Positions 1 through 13,297 of a stretch of DNA of 64,000 bases are shown here, piece by piece; the stretch's first letter is position 1, and each line of letters starts with the position of its first letter. The stretch spans positions 18,662,001 to 18,726,000 of the forward strand of contig NC_043013.1 of assembly GCF_006345805.1 (NCBI RefSeq), in the 5' to 3' direction. Source of the stretch: Octopus sinensis (Eukaryota). The notes beneath the pieces were generated by a model. That model was given only the letters and a program-made list of their open reading frames with translations, was not told the origin of the DNA and did not search any database. A program made the position numbers and the translations under genes.

Positions 1-376
1 GAAGGACTTTCTCACCTTCCCGAGCGTTAAACTAATACACCTGTTTGTTGTTTATACACCTGTCTTCGTCTTTTGTTTTTCTGTAAACATTAACGTACAT
101 AAACGTATATATATTTCTGTAAACATAAACGCACATAAATTTTATATGCGTGTGTATACATAAATGTATATGCACATGTATGTCTGCGAGTGCATGCATG
201 GGGATTTATACTTGTTTACGTATATAACATATTATTCACACAGGAATATATACATATAAATATATATATATGTATATATATGTATACACAGACAGACAGA
301 CACACATATATTTATATATCTATGTATGTAAAATGTATGTCCATATATATATAATATATATATATAATATATATAT

Positions 377-456
<80 letters not shown>

Positions 457-746
457 ATATATATATATATATACACTCACCCACATGTGAGCGCATGTGT
501 ACACACACACAAACAAACATGTACATACATTTAGTAGTGTTTCGGAGTGGTATTTGAGAAGGATATTTGTGAACTTGTAAAACTGGTGGGCTGTGCTGTA
601 ATAGGTGGAGGTAAAGAAAGCGATGAGGCAACGTGTATTTAAAAGGTCATTAATTATTGATAAATATATCAATAACACTCGTTAATGCGTCTCCTTCCTA
701 CCTACCTACGCATACTTCCGTTTATTAGCGATGATTGTCATGATGA

Positions 747-777
<31 letters not shown>

Positions 778-1057
778 AGTGGTGGTGGTGGTGATAATTT
801 CGTATAGCATCATCATCGTCGTCACCGTCAAAGGAAGCCGAGAAATATTTCTCTTGTTCTGTTTATAAGCATTCATTCAAGCATACGTCATACATGCGTA
901 CACACACACATTAATGAGTTGTGCTTCTATTCTTATATTACTGTACCATATTATATGCATATCCTATATATGTGCGTGCATGCATACACACACACTCGCA
1001 CACACACACACTCTTACTCATACACGCACTTACACTCACATGCACACACATATATGC

Positions 1058-1664
1058 ATCCACAAAACATGTACCGAGAGTGATAAAAATCAGACATACA
1101 TTCAACATCAAGGTGTTTGCAGTGATCACTAGTGATGGTGACGTTATGCCTCCATTCATCTACCCACACGGCCTCACACTCAACATCTAGGCCTACATCA
1201 ACTGCCTGGAGGAGATAGCGCTGCCCTGGATCAAGTGGGCGGCTGCTGGATGATCCTATGTCTGGCAACAAGACTCTGCACCATGACAAACAAGCAGGAG
1301 GGCCCAGTCATGGCTATGAGACAATTTTTCGACCATATCACCCCTAAAATCTGGTCAACTAACTCCCCAGACTGCATACTATGTGTGGGGCGCAGCTCAG
1401 CGACAGACCATAAAAACTCCTTGTAACACCAAAGATGAACCGAAGGCAAGGATTGCAGCAGCATACCGTTCAGAAGAGTTGCGGGAAATTCTGAAGACGT
1501 CTGGAGGTCGTGGTGGAAGCCAATGGCGATTTGATTATATGAATTTACTCTTTAGTATTTCAAGATATTTTTTATGCAATTTTGGTAAATATATCTGTTA
1601 AAATAAGAGTTCAATTTTATTTTCATTTTTGCTTAATTTAGACAAAATGTTTACCGCACCCTGT
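1058..1664 (+). mobile_element. Tc1/mariner (maT/DD37D-like) transposase relic with right-end TIR
   Basis: Frameshifted translation VFAVITSDGDVMPPFIYPHGL..AYINCLEEIALPWIK..YVWQQDSAP..DHITPKIW.TNSPDC..YYVWG..KTPCNTKDE.KARI..; ends in tttaccgcaccctg. D37D spacing is inferred across a small deletion. Confidence 0.8.
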
Positions 1665-1975
1665 GTATATGCTTATATCTATCAGGTATATGTATAGATT
1701 TAATTTAATGTCTAAAACATCGTTTGAATCTCTAGTATCCCTTTATCCACCATTCTATTGCTATAGGCATACACGCGCCACACACACACACACATTAGCA
1801 CACACGTACATACACATACACACACACACGCACACTCAGACACATTAACACACACGCGTACACACATACACACACATACACACATACGCATACATCCATT
1901 CATATATATATCTACGTGTACAAACAACATTGATATAATACATGTACACCGACATACACACGCACGCACACACGC

Positions 1976-2008
<33 letters not shown>

Positions 2009-2094
2009 AACACGCATACACATGTGTGTGTGTATAAATATGTGTACGGATAAGCAATTTCCCATAGATCTATAGCTGTATAGTACTGTGTCAT

Positions 2095-2405
2095 ACTAAC
2101 TCCTTCACAAAGGATTCACGAGATAATCGCAATTATCTTTGAAGCCACAGAAACCATTCTTGTTCATTCTCTTGAAGTGGTCAGGGAATGAAGAATCTAA
2201 ATGCAGATAAGAAATACTCTTAACGTTTCTTTTCAGAACTGTACAAAGAATTTTCTGCTGCACTATCTATTTCATCTCTCCAAGAGAAAAAAAGTTGCAG
2301 AACTTTTAAAGAATTGTTGCAAACAATTAATCGTTGCCGTAACTTGATATTCTCATTCCAAGAGTTTGTAATATGATGCCATTGAGAAAGAATTTCGGAC
2401 AAGTA
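2095..2405 (-). mobile_element. possible old hAT (Charlie-like) transposase fragment
   Basis: Minus-strand peptides SLKVLQLFFSWRDEI and FLICI*ILHSLTTS..SKIIAIIS weakly resemble the hAT motifs GKVLxRFFELRxEI and AYLxDIFxxLN..KIxAF; judged by eye only. Confidence 0.3.
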
Positions 2406-3582
2406 CATGTTACATTATTTAGGGCGGTGTTACTTCTACACACGCACACACACGCGCACACACACATACACACACACACACACACACACGCACACACACA
2501 CGCATATACACATACACACACACAAACATGCTTACATTCATTCACAGACATACATGCTTACTCACAAACATACTTGCCCCCAATCACATACATATACACA
2601 CAAAGTCACGCATACATATGCATGCATGCTCTAACACATATGATCATGCGTGCAAACTTATTTACATTCACATACGCACATGTACAAGCATAGACGCACA
2701 TATACACACAATGCATTCTCTAACACGCATGCACACACATATTAACCACCATTCACACATACGTACACTTACAGAAACCTACATGCAACCATGTTTATTC
2801 TCACGTACACATACACACACATACACTCTCAACTTCTCTCACATATACTCTAACATCAGACGTATACATAAGCATATTGAAACACACACATATACACACA
2901 TACTCACACACATTCTCATGCTCAGCCTCTAATACGCACACTTACAGACAGATGCATACACATGCATTACATATATCTATTCTCGGGATTTCATGCGGCA
3001 GCTCTAAACTCCAACGTACATATTCATTTCTGTTCACAAAATACATGTATATGAACTTACCAATATTTCTATGAATGTAGAACATCATCGATTAATTTTC
3101 ACTGGAAACCTGTGAAACCACATAAATAATAAGACGCGCATGCTCAAACATTAACCAAACGCATGCTGGATAGATATATTTATAAATATGGGTATGAACG
3201 TTCTCACATAAGATGAATATCTAAGCTATGGTGAAACTATGGTAAATCAAGTTAAGGTAAAGGCGAATTCTAGCAAGAATCCAGGGCTAATCTAAGAGAA
3301 GTGATTGCCATTAAAAAAATTGTAATAAGTTACCTGCCCTGACCTGTGTATTCATTTTAAAGTCCGGCAAACCTCTCGTAATCATGTGTATTCCCATCCA
3401 AAATGAGGCGAGTGTCAACATTTTGAAGTGAAACCATTCGAAGCATTGTTGATCTACAAAAATGATTTATCGATTTATCCACCAAATGCAGTGGTGAGCA
3501 TTCATTCTCACCTTTTGATACAACCCTCCCACATTTACAGACATGTCTACTACATATTGCATATATATATATATATATATAT

Positions 3583-3617
<35 letters not shown>

Positions 3618-3628
<11 letters not shown>

Positions 3629-3746
3629 TTCGAGACAAAACCACTATTTTGCAAATCAAACAAGGAAAGACTTAATCAATACATAAAAATTTTTAATATA
3701 AAGTAAATATATAAATAAATAAATAAATAAAGTAAATAAATAAATA

Positions 3747-3791
<45 letters not shown>

Positions 3792-4430
3792 CATACATAT
3801 ATATACATATACATATATACATTTATATATTTTTAATTGATAATATATATATAATAGTCATTTTTAAATATTTATGTAATTAGATATAAATTAATACCAA
3901 TATTAGATTATTGGTGAGTTTCCTACCTTATAAATAAAAATTAATATTTAACATTATAGTCGATTTTGATATAATCATAATTGTTAAGTTTTATGTTTCT
4001 AGTTTGATAATAGAGTTTATTATAAGTAAAATTATTATATTATTTATATCTTAAAAATATTGTTTAAATATTTCTGATTATTTTTTTAGATATTTCAATT
4101 AACCTGAAGATTGACTGTAACCATAACTCGAATTATTAATTGAATTTAAATTATTGTTATTCGAATTGTACAGCCATGAAACGATCGTAGTGTTTTACTC
4201 TTTATCTTTTATTAAACTTTTAATACTTTTGATATATATTTAAAATAATATAAATTAAATTAATTTTATGTATTGGCTTATGTTTTTCATTGTTTGATTT
4301 GCCTAATAGTGGTTTTATCTCTAATTTAATATAATATAATATATTTATTCTATAAAATTGGATTTAATCCTAAATCTGATTTTTCCCTGTAAGTTTGGAT
4401 TTATTCCCTAATATTTTATTATATATATAT
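3618..4430 (+). mobile_element. AT-rich non-autonomous Penelope-like-derived element, with an inverted piece of the same family at its left end
   Basis: 3618-3710 matches 61904-61998; 4262-4430 is a diverged reverse complement of 61822-61975. Contains a hammerhead-like core and sits in (TA)n. Confidence 0.55.
4104..4191 (+). ncRNA. minimal hammerhead ribozyme-like motif (PLE type)
   Basis: CUGAAGA (4104-4110), stem II tgactgta/tacagcca (7 of 8 pairs), GAAA (4178-4181), palindromic CGAUCG stem III, then GUA; stem I is weak. Confidence 0.5.
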
Positions 4431-4486
4431 ATATAATATATATATCATAAATTCATAGTTATATTAGAGTACATGAAGCACCTGTC

Positions 4487-4556
<70 letters not shown>

Positions 4557-4563
<7 letters not shown>

Positions 4564-4760
4564 ATTGGCCTGACTAATGGATGTCGTTATACGTCGCTGG
4601 TCACAATGTACTTTGCAATGTACTAGCCTTGAAATAATGCCACCCAACTGGTAGTATTACTTGTTCACAGCTGAGTGAACTGGAGCAGCAACGCGAAATG
4701 AGTTGTTTCGAACAACAGCACAACGCGCAGACGGTCTGGAATAGAAACCACGATAGTGTG
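4557..4760 (-). mobile_element. degenerate CORE-like SINE (related to family D)
   Basis: Reverse strand has B-box-like ggtttctattcc followed by gttgctgctccagttcactcagctg, as in family D copies. Confidence 0.45.
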
Positions 4761-5949
4761 TGTAACAAGCCTGAACACTAAACCAACCACATTTACACAC
4801 ACACACACATACATACACACACAGAGAGTCACACAGACACACACACACACACAGGCACACAGACATACATGCACGCACACATACAAACACACACAGAACA
4901 CATGCACACACAAACACATACACACTCATACACACACAAACACATACAATCAAACATAGAAGCACACTCACACACATACTTATCGACAAACCACCTGTGT
5001 AACAACGAAAGAAATAGGATTCCAAATCGTTTGAAATAGACGACTAAATTTATTAAATGACGCATTCAGAACTCTGAATTTCACCATAACAATTCATTTG
5101 AATCTCGTTTTCGTCACTTAGTTGTTGTAATACACCATCAGTATATTCCAAAGCTAAACGCTACATTTTGACCGCTCAATGGAAAGAATTCTTCTAGGCT
5201 TAGGTGAAAAGACCATTATACATTCACGTATGGTTATGATTAAAATAAAGTAAATTAAAACAAAAATATAAAGTAAAAATTTAAAAGTTTAAAGAAATTT
5301 AGTTTTAAAAATAAAGCTGCTATATTGCAAAAATGGTAAAAATTAAAATAAAAAATTTTATGAAATTTATTATTTGAAACTTAAAAATTAAAAATTAAAG
5401 TAAAAATAAAAATAAATCCTAAAATCTTGAATTAAGCTTTAAAATAAAATTGGCTTAAATTTGAAGTTTTGAAATTAAATTTGAAAAGGCTAGGATTGAA
5501 AAGGCTAAGATGTTAATAAAAAAAGTAAATGAAAATTTTAAATTTTAAAAATGAAATTTAAAATGTATGATCAAGGAATTAAAAAATTATTATATTAAAA
5601 ATTTTAAGATTTAAAAGTTTAAAAAATATATACAATGACAACAGAAAAAGTAACCGAACTAAATTTAATACTAAAACTATTAATAATCAAAAACTCTTTA
5701 AACACCAGCGGTGGTATGTTGCTGTCAATGGAGCAACGTTATTGATTAAAGCCATTACGTAGTAAGCAGAGCCATAAAGAATTTAAAAGCAACAAAGACA
5801 AACGGCAGTTTAATATATTTCATTACGATCATTTCATTAGTCGATAATCAATAATTAGCAATTATTAATGACTGATTAAATGTTATTAAATAATCATTAA
5901 ATAATTAATAATTATTAAACAATTAATGATTACTAATTGTTAAATAATT

Positions 5950-6850
5950 AATAATTATCAAAGCGTTTTGGGCATAAGAACTCTCCTTAGACACACCAAA
6001 TTATTAAATCATTCATCAGCTCCAGCTCTAGATGTAGATGATATTTGTGTTGTCGACGATAAATTCAGTATGTTGCTACTTTTGAATAGCTATGGCGGAA
6101 AGTTTCGTAATCAAATATCTAACGTAGCAACTGAATGAGAGCTGAGTTTGAAATGTTTATGACTGGGTCTATTACTCAGAGAATACATTAACTGCAATAT
6201 ATATCTTACTTATGTTTGGTTTGTGAAGGCGATAAAAGTTCTTCAATGTAGGGATTTCATAACTGACATTTAATAATGTCCTTGACTTGTAAGTATAGTG
6301 AAGTAAACACATATAGTTTTATCTGTGTATGGAGCCATTGCATTGTTAAAAATACTATTTTTACTTTTCTAGATGTTGTTTCTAGATCTGCTTCCTTTTT
6401 TTCATTTTGTGAGATTTTCTGTTCTATATATTATGAAGTATATATCATTTACATACATGCTGTATACCATATACTCCATCAACTGTAAGATCAAATTTAT
6501 GTGTCCACTTGAAGGTCAATACCTTAGAAAATGCCTAGTTTATAGATGTACAGTAACTGCTGATGCTATATCTAATCTGATCATATTTCTAATGATAACA
6601 TAGGTCATGCTGTACTGATATTAAGGAAAGATTACGTAACGAGAATTCTTCTTTCAAAAATAGGGTACAAAATTGTGCAATTTTGTGTGGGTTCATCTGG
6701 ACTTTAATAGATAGGGACGCTAAACATATTAAATAATCAATTAGTAGTGCTTCACCGTATACTACTGGGAATTCGAAATGTGATCTCTGCCTGGAAGAAT
6801 ATTCCAATAAATGGCGGATACAAATTAACAGTAAAATGCGCTCATTCATT
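5950..6850 (+). mobile_element. Penelope-like element relic (linker + GIY-YIG endonuclease)
   Basis: Peptides NCKIKFMCPLEGQYLRKCLVYRCTV and GFIWTLIDRDAKHIK*SISSASPYTTGNSKCDLCLEE, typical of the PLE GIY-YIG region. Confidence 0.7.
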
Positions 6851-7439
6851 TAGAAAAGTGTTTTAGTATTTTTCAAATAAGGAATTGCAATTAGAAATCA
6901 CATAGATAAAAGGGAACATATGATAAGCTATTCAGATAATCGAAAATTTACTTAAGCTGGATTTTAACAAATCTGCACGAAGCCTCACAATTGTGAAAGA
7001 AGTAAAAATATGGTTTGAATTTCAATTTACTTTATTCATCTTGGTACTAGACTTCTAATATTTAAAAGACTATAAAACTTTATTGCTACGGACTGGTCTG
7101 ATTACCCAAAGGAAATGATAATCACTTCGTCAGTTTTTCGATTCCTTTTAAATCTGTTCATTTATCTTATATTGTATTACACTATCTTCATTATGAGTGA
7201 TCAGTGGTGTAGATGCGTCCTGACCTAATTAAGGTTCTTTCTACACACACATATATATGCATATGTATATGTATATATCGGTATATATACATATTATAAC
7301 ATATATGTATATATATATATATATATATACATATATGTATATATAAATACACACATATACATACAAATATATATATGCATGTATGTACATACATACATAC
7401 ATACATACATAGATATATTGTCAATTATCTATTACTTAT

Positions 7440-7600
7440 TCATGTCATTAGATTGCGGCCTTGTTGGGGCATCAACTTGAATTTTTAGTCGAATGTATCG
7501 ACCCTAGTATTTTTTTGATCCTGATACGTATTCTATCAGTTTACTTTGCCAAACCGCTAAGTTACAGGGACGCAAACACACCAATGCTGCTTGACAATCG
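7440..7600 (-). mobile_element. SINE family A 3' fragment
   Basis: Reverse-complement match to the 3' half of the 42957 and 58267 copies. Confidence 0.65.
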
Positions 7601-7681
7601 GTGGTGGTGGTGGTGGTGGTGGGTGATAAAAACGAAGACAAAGACACACACACACACACATATAAATATATATATATATAT

Positions 7682-9040
7682 ATGGTGTCCCAAAAAGATG
7701 TATACACACTTCAACAGCTGATAACTCAATTGATGTTTTTTTCTTTCCGGATTAAACTCATTGGAATTAATGATGGCAATCAGACAAAGCTTTGAACAAA
7801 GGAAACTCATTCTAAAATGCTTCTAGAAATGTGAAAACGTAGTTAAAGTGCAAAGACAGTTTAGATAGATCTACCAACGCGACTTACCATCACTTAAATT
7901 AGAGATAAGTTTGAAGTTGATGGAATTGTTCAGAATTTCCAAAAGAAGCGTTCCGGAAGACCGCGAACATCGATAACCTCCACAAAGCAAAAATGTGTGC
8001 TGGAAACTTATCACCAAAGTTCATGAAAATCTGTGCTGCAAGCGAGTCGTGAGATAGGTATTTCAAAATTTAAGGCGGCGAGCTGGCAGAAACGTTAGCA
8101 CGCTGGGCGAAATGCGTAGCCGTATTTCGTCTGCCGTTACGTTCTGAGTTCAAACTCCGCCGAGGTTGACTTTGCCTTTCATTCTTTCGGGGTCGATTAA
8201 ATAAGTACCAGTTACGCACTGTGGTCGATATAATCGACTTAATCCGTGTGTTTGTCCTCTCTGTGTTTAGCCCCTTGTGGGTATTAAATAAATAGGTATT
8301 TCAAAATCGTCTGTCCAACACATTTTGAAGCGTTGTCAATGGAAAAGTTACGTTTCAAGATTAGTCCATGCCACTAATGACGATGATCTAGACCGAAGAG
8401 TGCAGTATTGCGAGTGGTACTTGGCACGATGTGTAGAAGATGCACACTTTCCAACAAAGATTGTGGAGGGATGAGGCCTCAGTCAAATTAAATGGTGCAA
8501 TTAACCGCCATAATTGCACCTATTGGAGACCTGAGAATCCGCATGTTGTGAGGGAACACCAAGTTAATTTACCTAGGAGTAACAGTGTAGTGTGGTTTCT
8601 CATCAACAGGATTAATTGGATTATTCTTTTTTGACGCTACTGTGACGCTATCTGAACTTGCTGCAACAGTCTGTCATGCCAATCATTAGAGAAGAGTTTG
8701 AAGATGATGAGTTTTATTTTTAGCAAGATTGGATACTTTCGCATTACCATCGCGATGTTAGATCCTCTCTTGATGTGATCTTGCCAAGCAGGTGGATTGG
8801 ACGAAGGGGTTTCGTTGAATGCCCTCCACGTTCACCAGACCTCACACCACTAGACTTTTTTATGGGGATATCTAAAGAACAAAGTCTGCGCTATGAAACT
8901 TGCAACAATCGTTGATTTGAGAGCAGCCATTGAACGGGAATGTATACAAATACTAAACGAATTGTTTGCGATTCCATTGCATCGCTTTGTCAGCAATGCC
9001 TGGGCCAGAACGGACGTCACTTTGAAAGCAGGCGTTGACA
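7682..9040 (+). mobile_element. Tc1/mariner DD41D (rosa/Visitor-like) transposon relic, interrupted by a SINE
   Basis: Left TIR-like tatggtgtcccaaaaagatgtatacac. Peptides [67 protein letters not shown] counted 41 codons between the QD aspartate and the PLD aspartate. Right TIR not found. Confidence 0.85.
8070..8291 (+). mobile_element. tRNA-derived SINE family B with 16-bp TSD
   Basis: Head taaggcggcgagctggcagaaacgttagc, B-box gagttcaaactcc; flanked by ataggtatttcaaaat at 8054-8069 and 8292-8307. Confidence 0.9.
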
Positions 9041-9808
9041 AAATAATAAAATAATTCTGTAGATTCTATTAAATTTTGAAAATGAAAATATGTCTACAAT
9101 TAATTCTTAGTCACTCCGTGAATTCTTCCGATGGGTAATTCTGTGTGCTCTACGCTGAACTGTAAATTTTGCCGGTAGTATATCTTAATATTAACGATAA
9201 TAAGGAGTTTGGAGACTTGTACATACACAGAATTTATTTTATAGTTATATGCAGCATATTATAATGATTTACACCTGTTTCCATTGCAGCGACTACTTGC
9301 CGTTGCCAATTCAACCTTGCAATATTGTCAATGCGGCTTTCATCAGGGTCTGTCCATTTGGTCATTCTTGAAGTGAACTGGTTGAAGTAAATTTTTGTTA
9401 GTGTTCTGTAGGAGTTTGGGGTGTTTTTATACTTAGATGTATGTTGTTGACCTAAACTGCACCCCCATCGCTCCGTGAAGCTGATGATTGGTCTTAAAAT
9501 CGGTTAAGGTCGAAATTGTTATTTTTGTAAGGTTCTTTGTTCGTCTTAATAGTTGTGTATGTTATTTTTGATTTCGAGTGTAGTGTTGCAAATTAAAGAG
9601 TTTTTGTTCATTTTCATTTTTTGGCTGGGTTGCTCCTTTTTTCAATCGTTTTTTTCTTCATTAGTGATGTTTATTAAATAATTTTTATTAAATGTTTAGG
9701 TTATGTTACTACTATTATTATATTAAGCTTAAATGTTGTATACATACATACATGCATACACACACATATATATATATAATTGCATCTTTATACATATATT
9801 TATATATG

Positions 9809-9883
<75 letters not shown>

Positions 9884-10767
9884 AACATATATATTGACAT
9901 ACACACACACACACCTACACGCGCAAATATGTAATCTGATGATAGATTGGGGACTATACTGTTATATATAGGATATATATGTGTGCGCGTGTGTATTAAG
10001 TCAAATCACGCTTCAATTGATTACGACCTGTTGTGAATAAATAATGTCGATTCTTCCGGTATTTCTGTGAAGTGTTTTAGCCATTCTCTCAAGAAGATAA
10101 AGATGAAGGAAAACTTTCTCTTCCTCACTCTCCCGCCTTCTCTGTCAGACTTCTCTCTCTCTACTCCTTCCAGCTCTGCCTGTCTGCTTTTTTCCCTCTC
10201 CTCCCTTGTCTGTCTTTTCCCCTCCCTCCATCTCGCCTTCTCTCGCTATCACACTCTTTCACTCTCTCAGCTACTTCACTCCGAGTAAAATTGACGTTGA
10301 ATAAAGCTAAATCCCTTTTAAACATTCAGAATCTGAAAGTTAAAATGGCGGCCGAGGAAACGTAACAAAAGTCTGCAGCGAAATGTTGACAAAACAAGTC
10401 TGTAAACATTAAGATTCCAGCTACGGAATAGCGAAACAGATATTCGACGTTAATATAGAATATATTTTGAGAGCAGACGGCTGAGATCGAGTTAAGAAAC
10501 GCTTGTTGACCTCGCAAGAAACGTGGAGGTTAACCGAGACGACTTTTGAAGTTTTATCATTTCTCAACCTCTCTTTTTTCCAAGAAGATTCTCCCACACA
10601 CAAATGCACTAACTAATACACATTAACACATTCTCATACACACGAAGAGACACACATAAATATTGATTCAAGATCTCGCATACAGAGTAACGTTTGCAAA
10701 CTCCATTTGTATATGTGTACACATCTATTGAAATATATTCACACATACATTTTCCGATATACTGGCA

Positions 10768-10841
<74 letters not shown>

Positions 10842-10883
10842 CTATCTATCTATCTATCTATCATCTATCTATTCTATCTATCG

Positions 10884-10977
<94 letters not shown>

Positions 10978-10989
10978 ATCTATCTATCT
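10768..10989. repeat. (TATC)n microsatellite, 5' flank of the LINE
   Basis: Read directly. Confidence 0.98.
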
Positions 10990-11197
10990 CACAATGGACG
11001 GACGCTAGTCATATCGGCTCCAAGTAAGTTGGCCACTTTTACATGTTAAAACTCCTTGTTGTCAATATTTTGTTTTAATCGTTGTGCAAATTCATTCACT
11101 AAAAAACCTGAGAATTATTCACGTAGAATTCCGCCCCTGTATGGCGAAATTACAAAAAAATTCAAAACTTTCGTGGGTTTTTTAGCCATTTTTCATT

Positions 11198-13266
11198 TTG
11201 AAAATGGCAACTAGAAACCACGTGGCTAGCCCGCCAGTCATGCAGAACGGTAGCAAAACACTATTGCTACCACTAGCTGCTAAACATCGCAGCGTGAACA
11301 CCGCTGTCACCACCATCACCACCACCAACAACAACAACAACAAATCTAACGTCGCATTCACCATCGCCGCGACCAAAGACATTAACTTAGATTTCCCCTC
11401 ACTCCCCACACCACTTGTTGATGATAAAGGGACAGAGAAAGGGATTTCAAAAATGAATACAAACGAAAACATGAATGCCAGCACCACCACCATCACCACC
11501 AACAACAACAACAACGAAATTGGCACAAAGCCGCCTACCAAAGACAACACCGCCCCACCAACACCACTACTACGACGTCAAATGCTACATCCAAGCCTTC
11601 TGCTGCTAATACCGCCAACACCAACACCACTACTACGACGTCAAATGCTACATCCAAGCCTTCTGCTGCTAATACCGCCAACACCAACACCACTACCATG
11701 ACTTCAATTAACACTGCCACAATTAACACTTCTACTGCCAAATTCAAAACGAATTTTGCGGACGTAACAAAACAAAAAAGAACAATTGTAACATTCACCA
11801 CACAAGAGATAAACCGCACAAGGCACTCTTCTCCAAAGAAGGAGACAAATTGCACCTTCATATTCCACAACACATGGAAAAAACACGCAAAAAAAAACAA
11901 TAATTTATAAAGTAATAAACAAAAAAACAAGAAGAACAGAAAATGCACCGCAGGAAAAAATCGATAAATGCCTTCGTCCTGTATGGGACTCCAAGGAATA
12001 TATCAGTTGGGGAACAAATTTGGTACAGTCCAAGTACGTTTCCTCAACGAAAGTTTAGCAAAACGTTTTTCCACATTGGAGCTACATTCGGACGACTTGG
12101 TAATGATACCAGTCTATTTAAACAAAAGGGTCACGAAAGTCCAAATAAAAAACATACCATTTGATGTCGAAACACAATGGGTGGTCTCTGCCATCTGCTT
12201 TGAAATGTCAGAGACAATGTCAGAGACAAACATCCTGGAAATCGCGGTTCTAGGAGAGAAAGACTATGTGGGCAAATCAATCGAATTCCTGCTTCAATTG
12301 GATGAAGCAGCAAGAGAGAAGATACCCACCGCTATAGAACTGCCAGGAGGCTACAAACTCTATATAGTGGTAGAGGGCAGGCGACCACGCTGCTATTTGT
12401 GTGGAAGCGAAACACACTTGAAAAAGACGTGCCCAACCACTGCACACCAAGAGCAACAACAACAACCACTACCACAACAAAGCACTCCGGAAAAAAAGCT
12501 CTACTACCCACACCACCATCAACACAGAAGACGACAAGAGAAGCACACCAAGCTAATCCGTCATCAACCAAAAACCACTCGACACCTGGAAAAATACCAA
12601 CACTACCATCAACAGCAAAACCCAAAGGAACAGAAAAACAAAGAAGAAAACACACACAAACTGATCCCCCATCCCTTATACCGCACTCAACACACACAAA
12701 CACTCAACAACCAACAACAACGAAAACAACAACACAACCACTTACACAGACATACATAGAAGCCCACAACATACCCCTACCCCCTTCTGATTCCTCAGAA
12801 ATTTCGTCGGAAGACGAAACCAGTGAGGAATGGCAAATAGCTACAAAAAGAAGGAAAATAAAGAGCAGAAACACAACCAAACCAAATGCAAACACGAACA
12901 AAGCAGGGGGAAATACATCTCCCGAAGACATTTCAAAACCCAACGCAAACAACAGCCACACCAACACCACAAAAAATATACAGCAAACATGCTCACAGCC
13001 ATAGACACCAAAAACACAAATTTGATGGAATACATCCAATCAAAAACAAACATAACAGAAGATGACATAAAAACAAACAAACCACATACACAACACCACC
13101 AGACCACATCAAAATAATACACATCTCCAAAAGTCTGCACCACACACTCAAAGGCATTTTCCCCAGTGCGGTTGGTAAATGCCAAAAATATCTCACAAAG
13201 AAACTGTACTGGGATCTTCTCGAGGACAAACCAACGGAGGAGAAAGCAAAAACTTTCGAGCAGTAA
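11198..13266 (+). CDS. Tx1-type ORF1 protein (frameshifted in this assembly)
   Basis: T/N-rich N-terminus, RRM-like TKVQIKNIPFDV, IPTAIELPGGYKLYIVVEGRRPRCYLCGSETHLKKTC (CX2CX4HX4C), low-complexity tail, stop at 13264-13266; several 1-nt frameshifts. Confidence 0.8.
11556..11696 (+). repeat. 63-bp tandem repeat (about 2.2 copies) within ORF1
   Basis: Units start at 11556, 11619 and 11682; in the likely frame each encodes a 21-aa unit TNTTTTTSNATSKPSAANTAN. Confidence 0.9.
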
Positions 13267-13297
13267 GTAACCCTCTGTATTCTAATTCATTAGAACT

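Noticed and set aside
2236-2375. Host exon (acceptor ttcttttcAG; ELYKEFSAALSISSLQEK.., vaguely RhoGAP-like)
   Set aside because: No good donor, no partner exons, and the opposite strand resembles a hAT relic.
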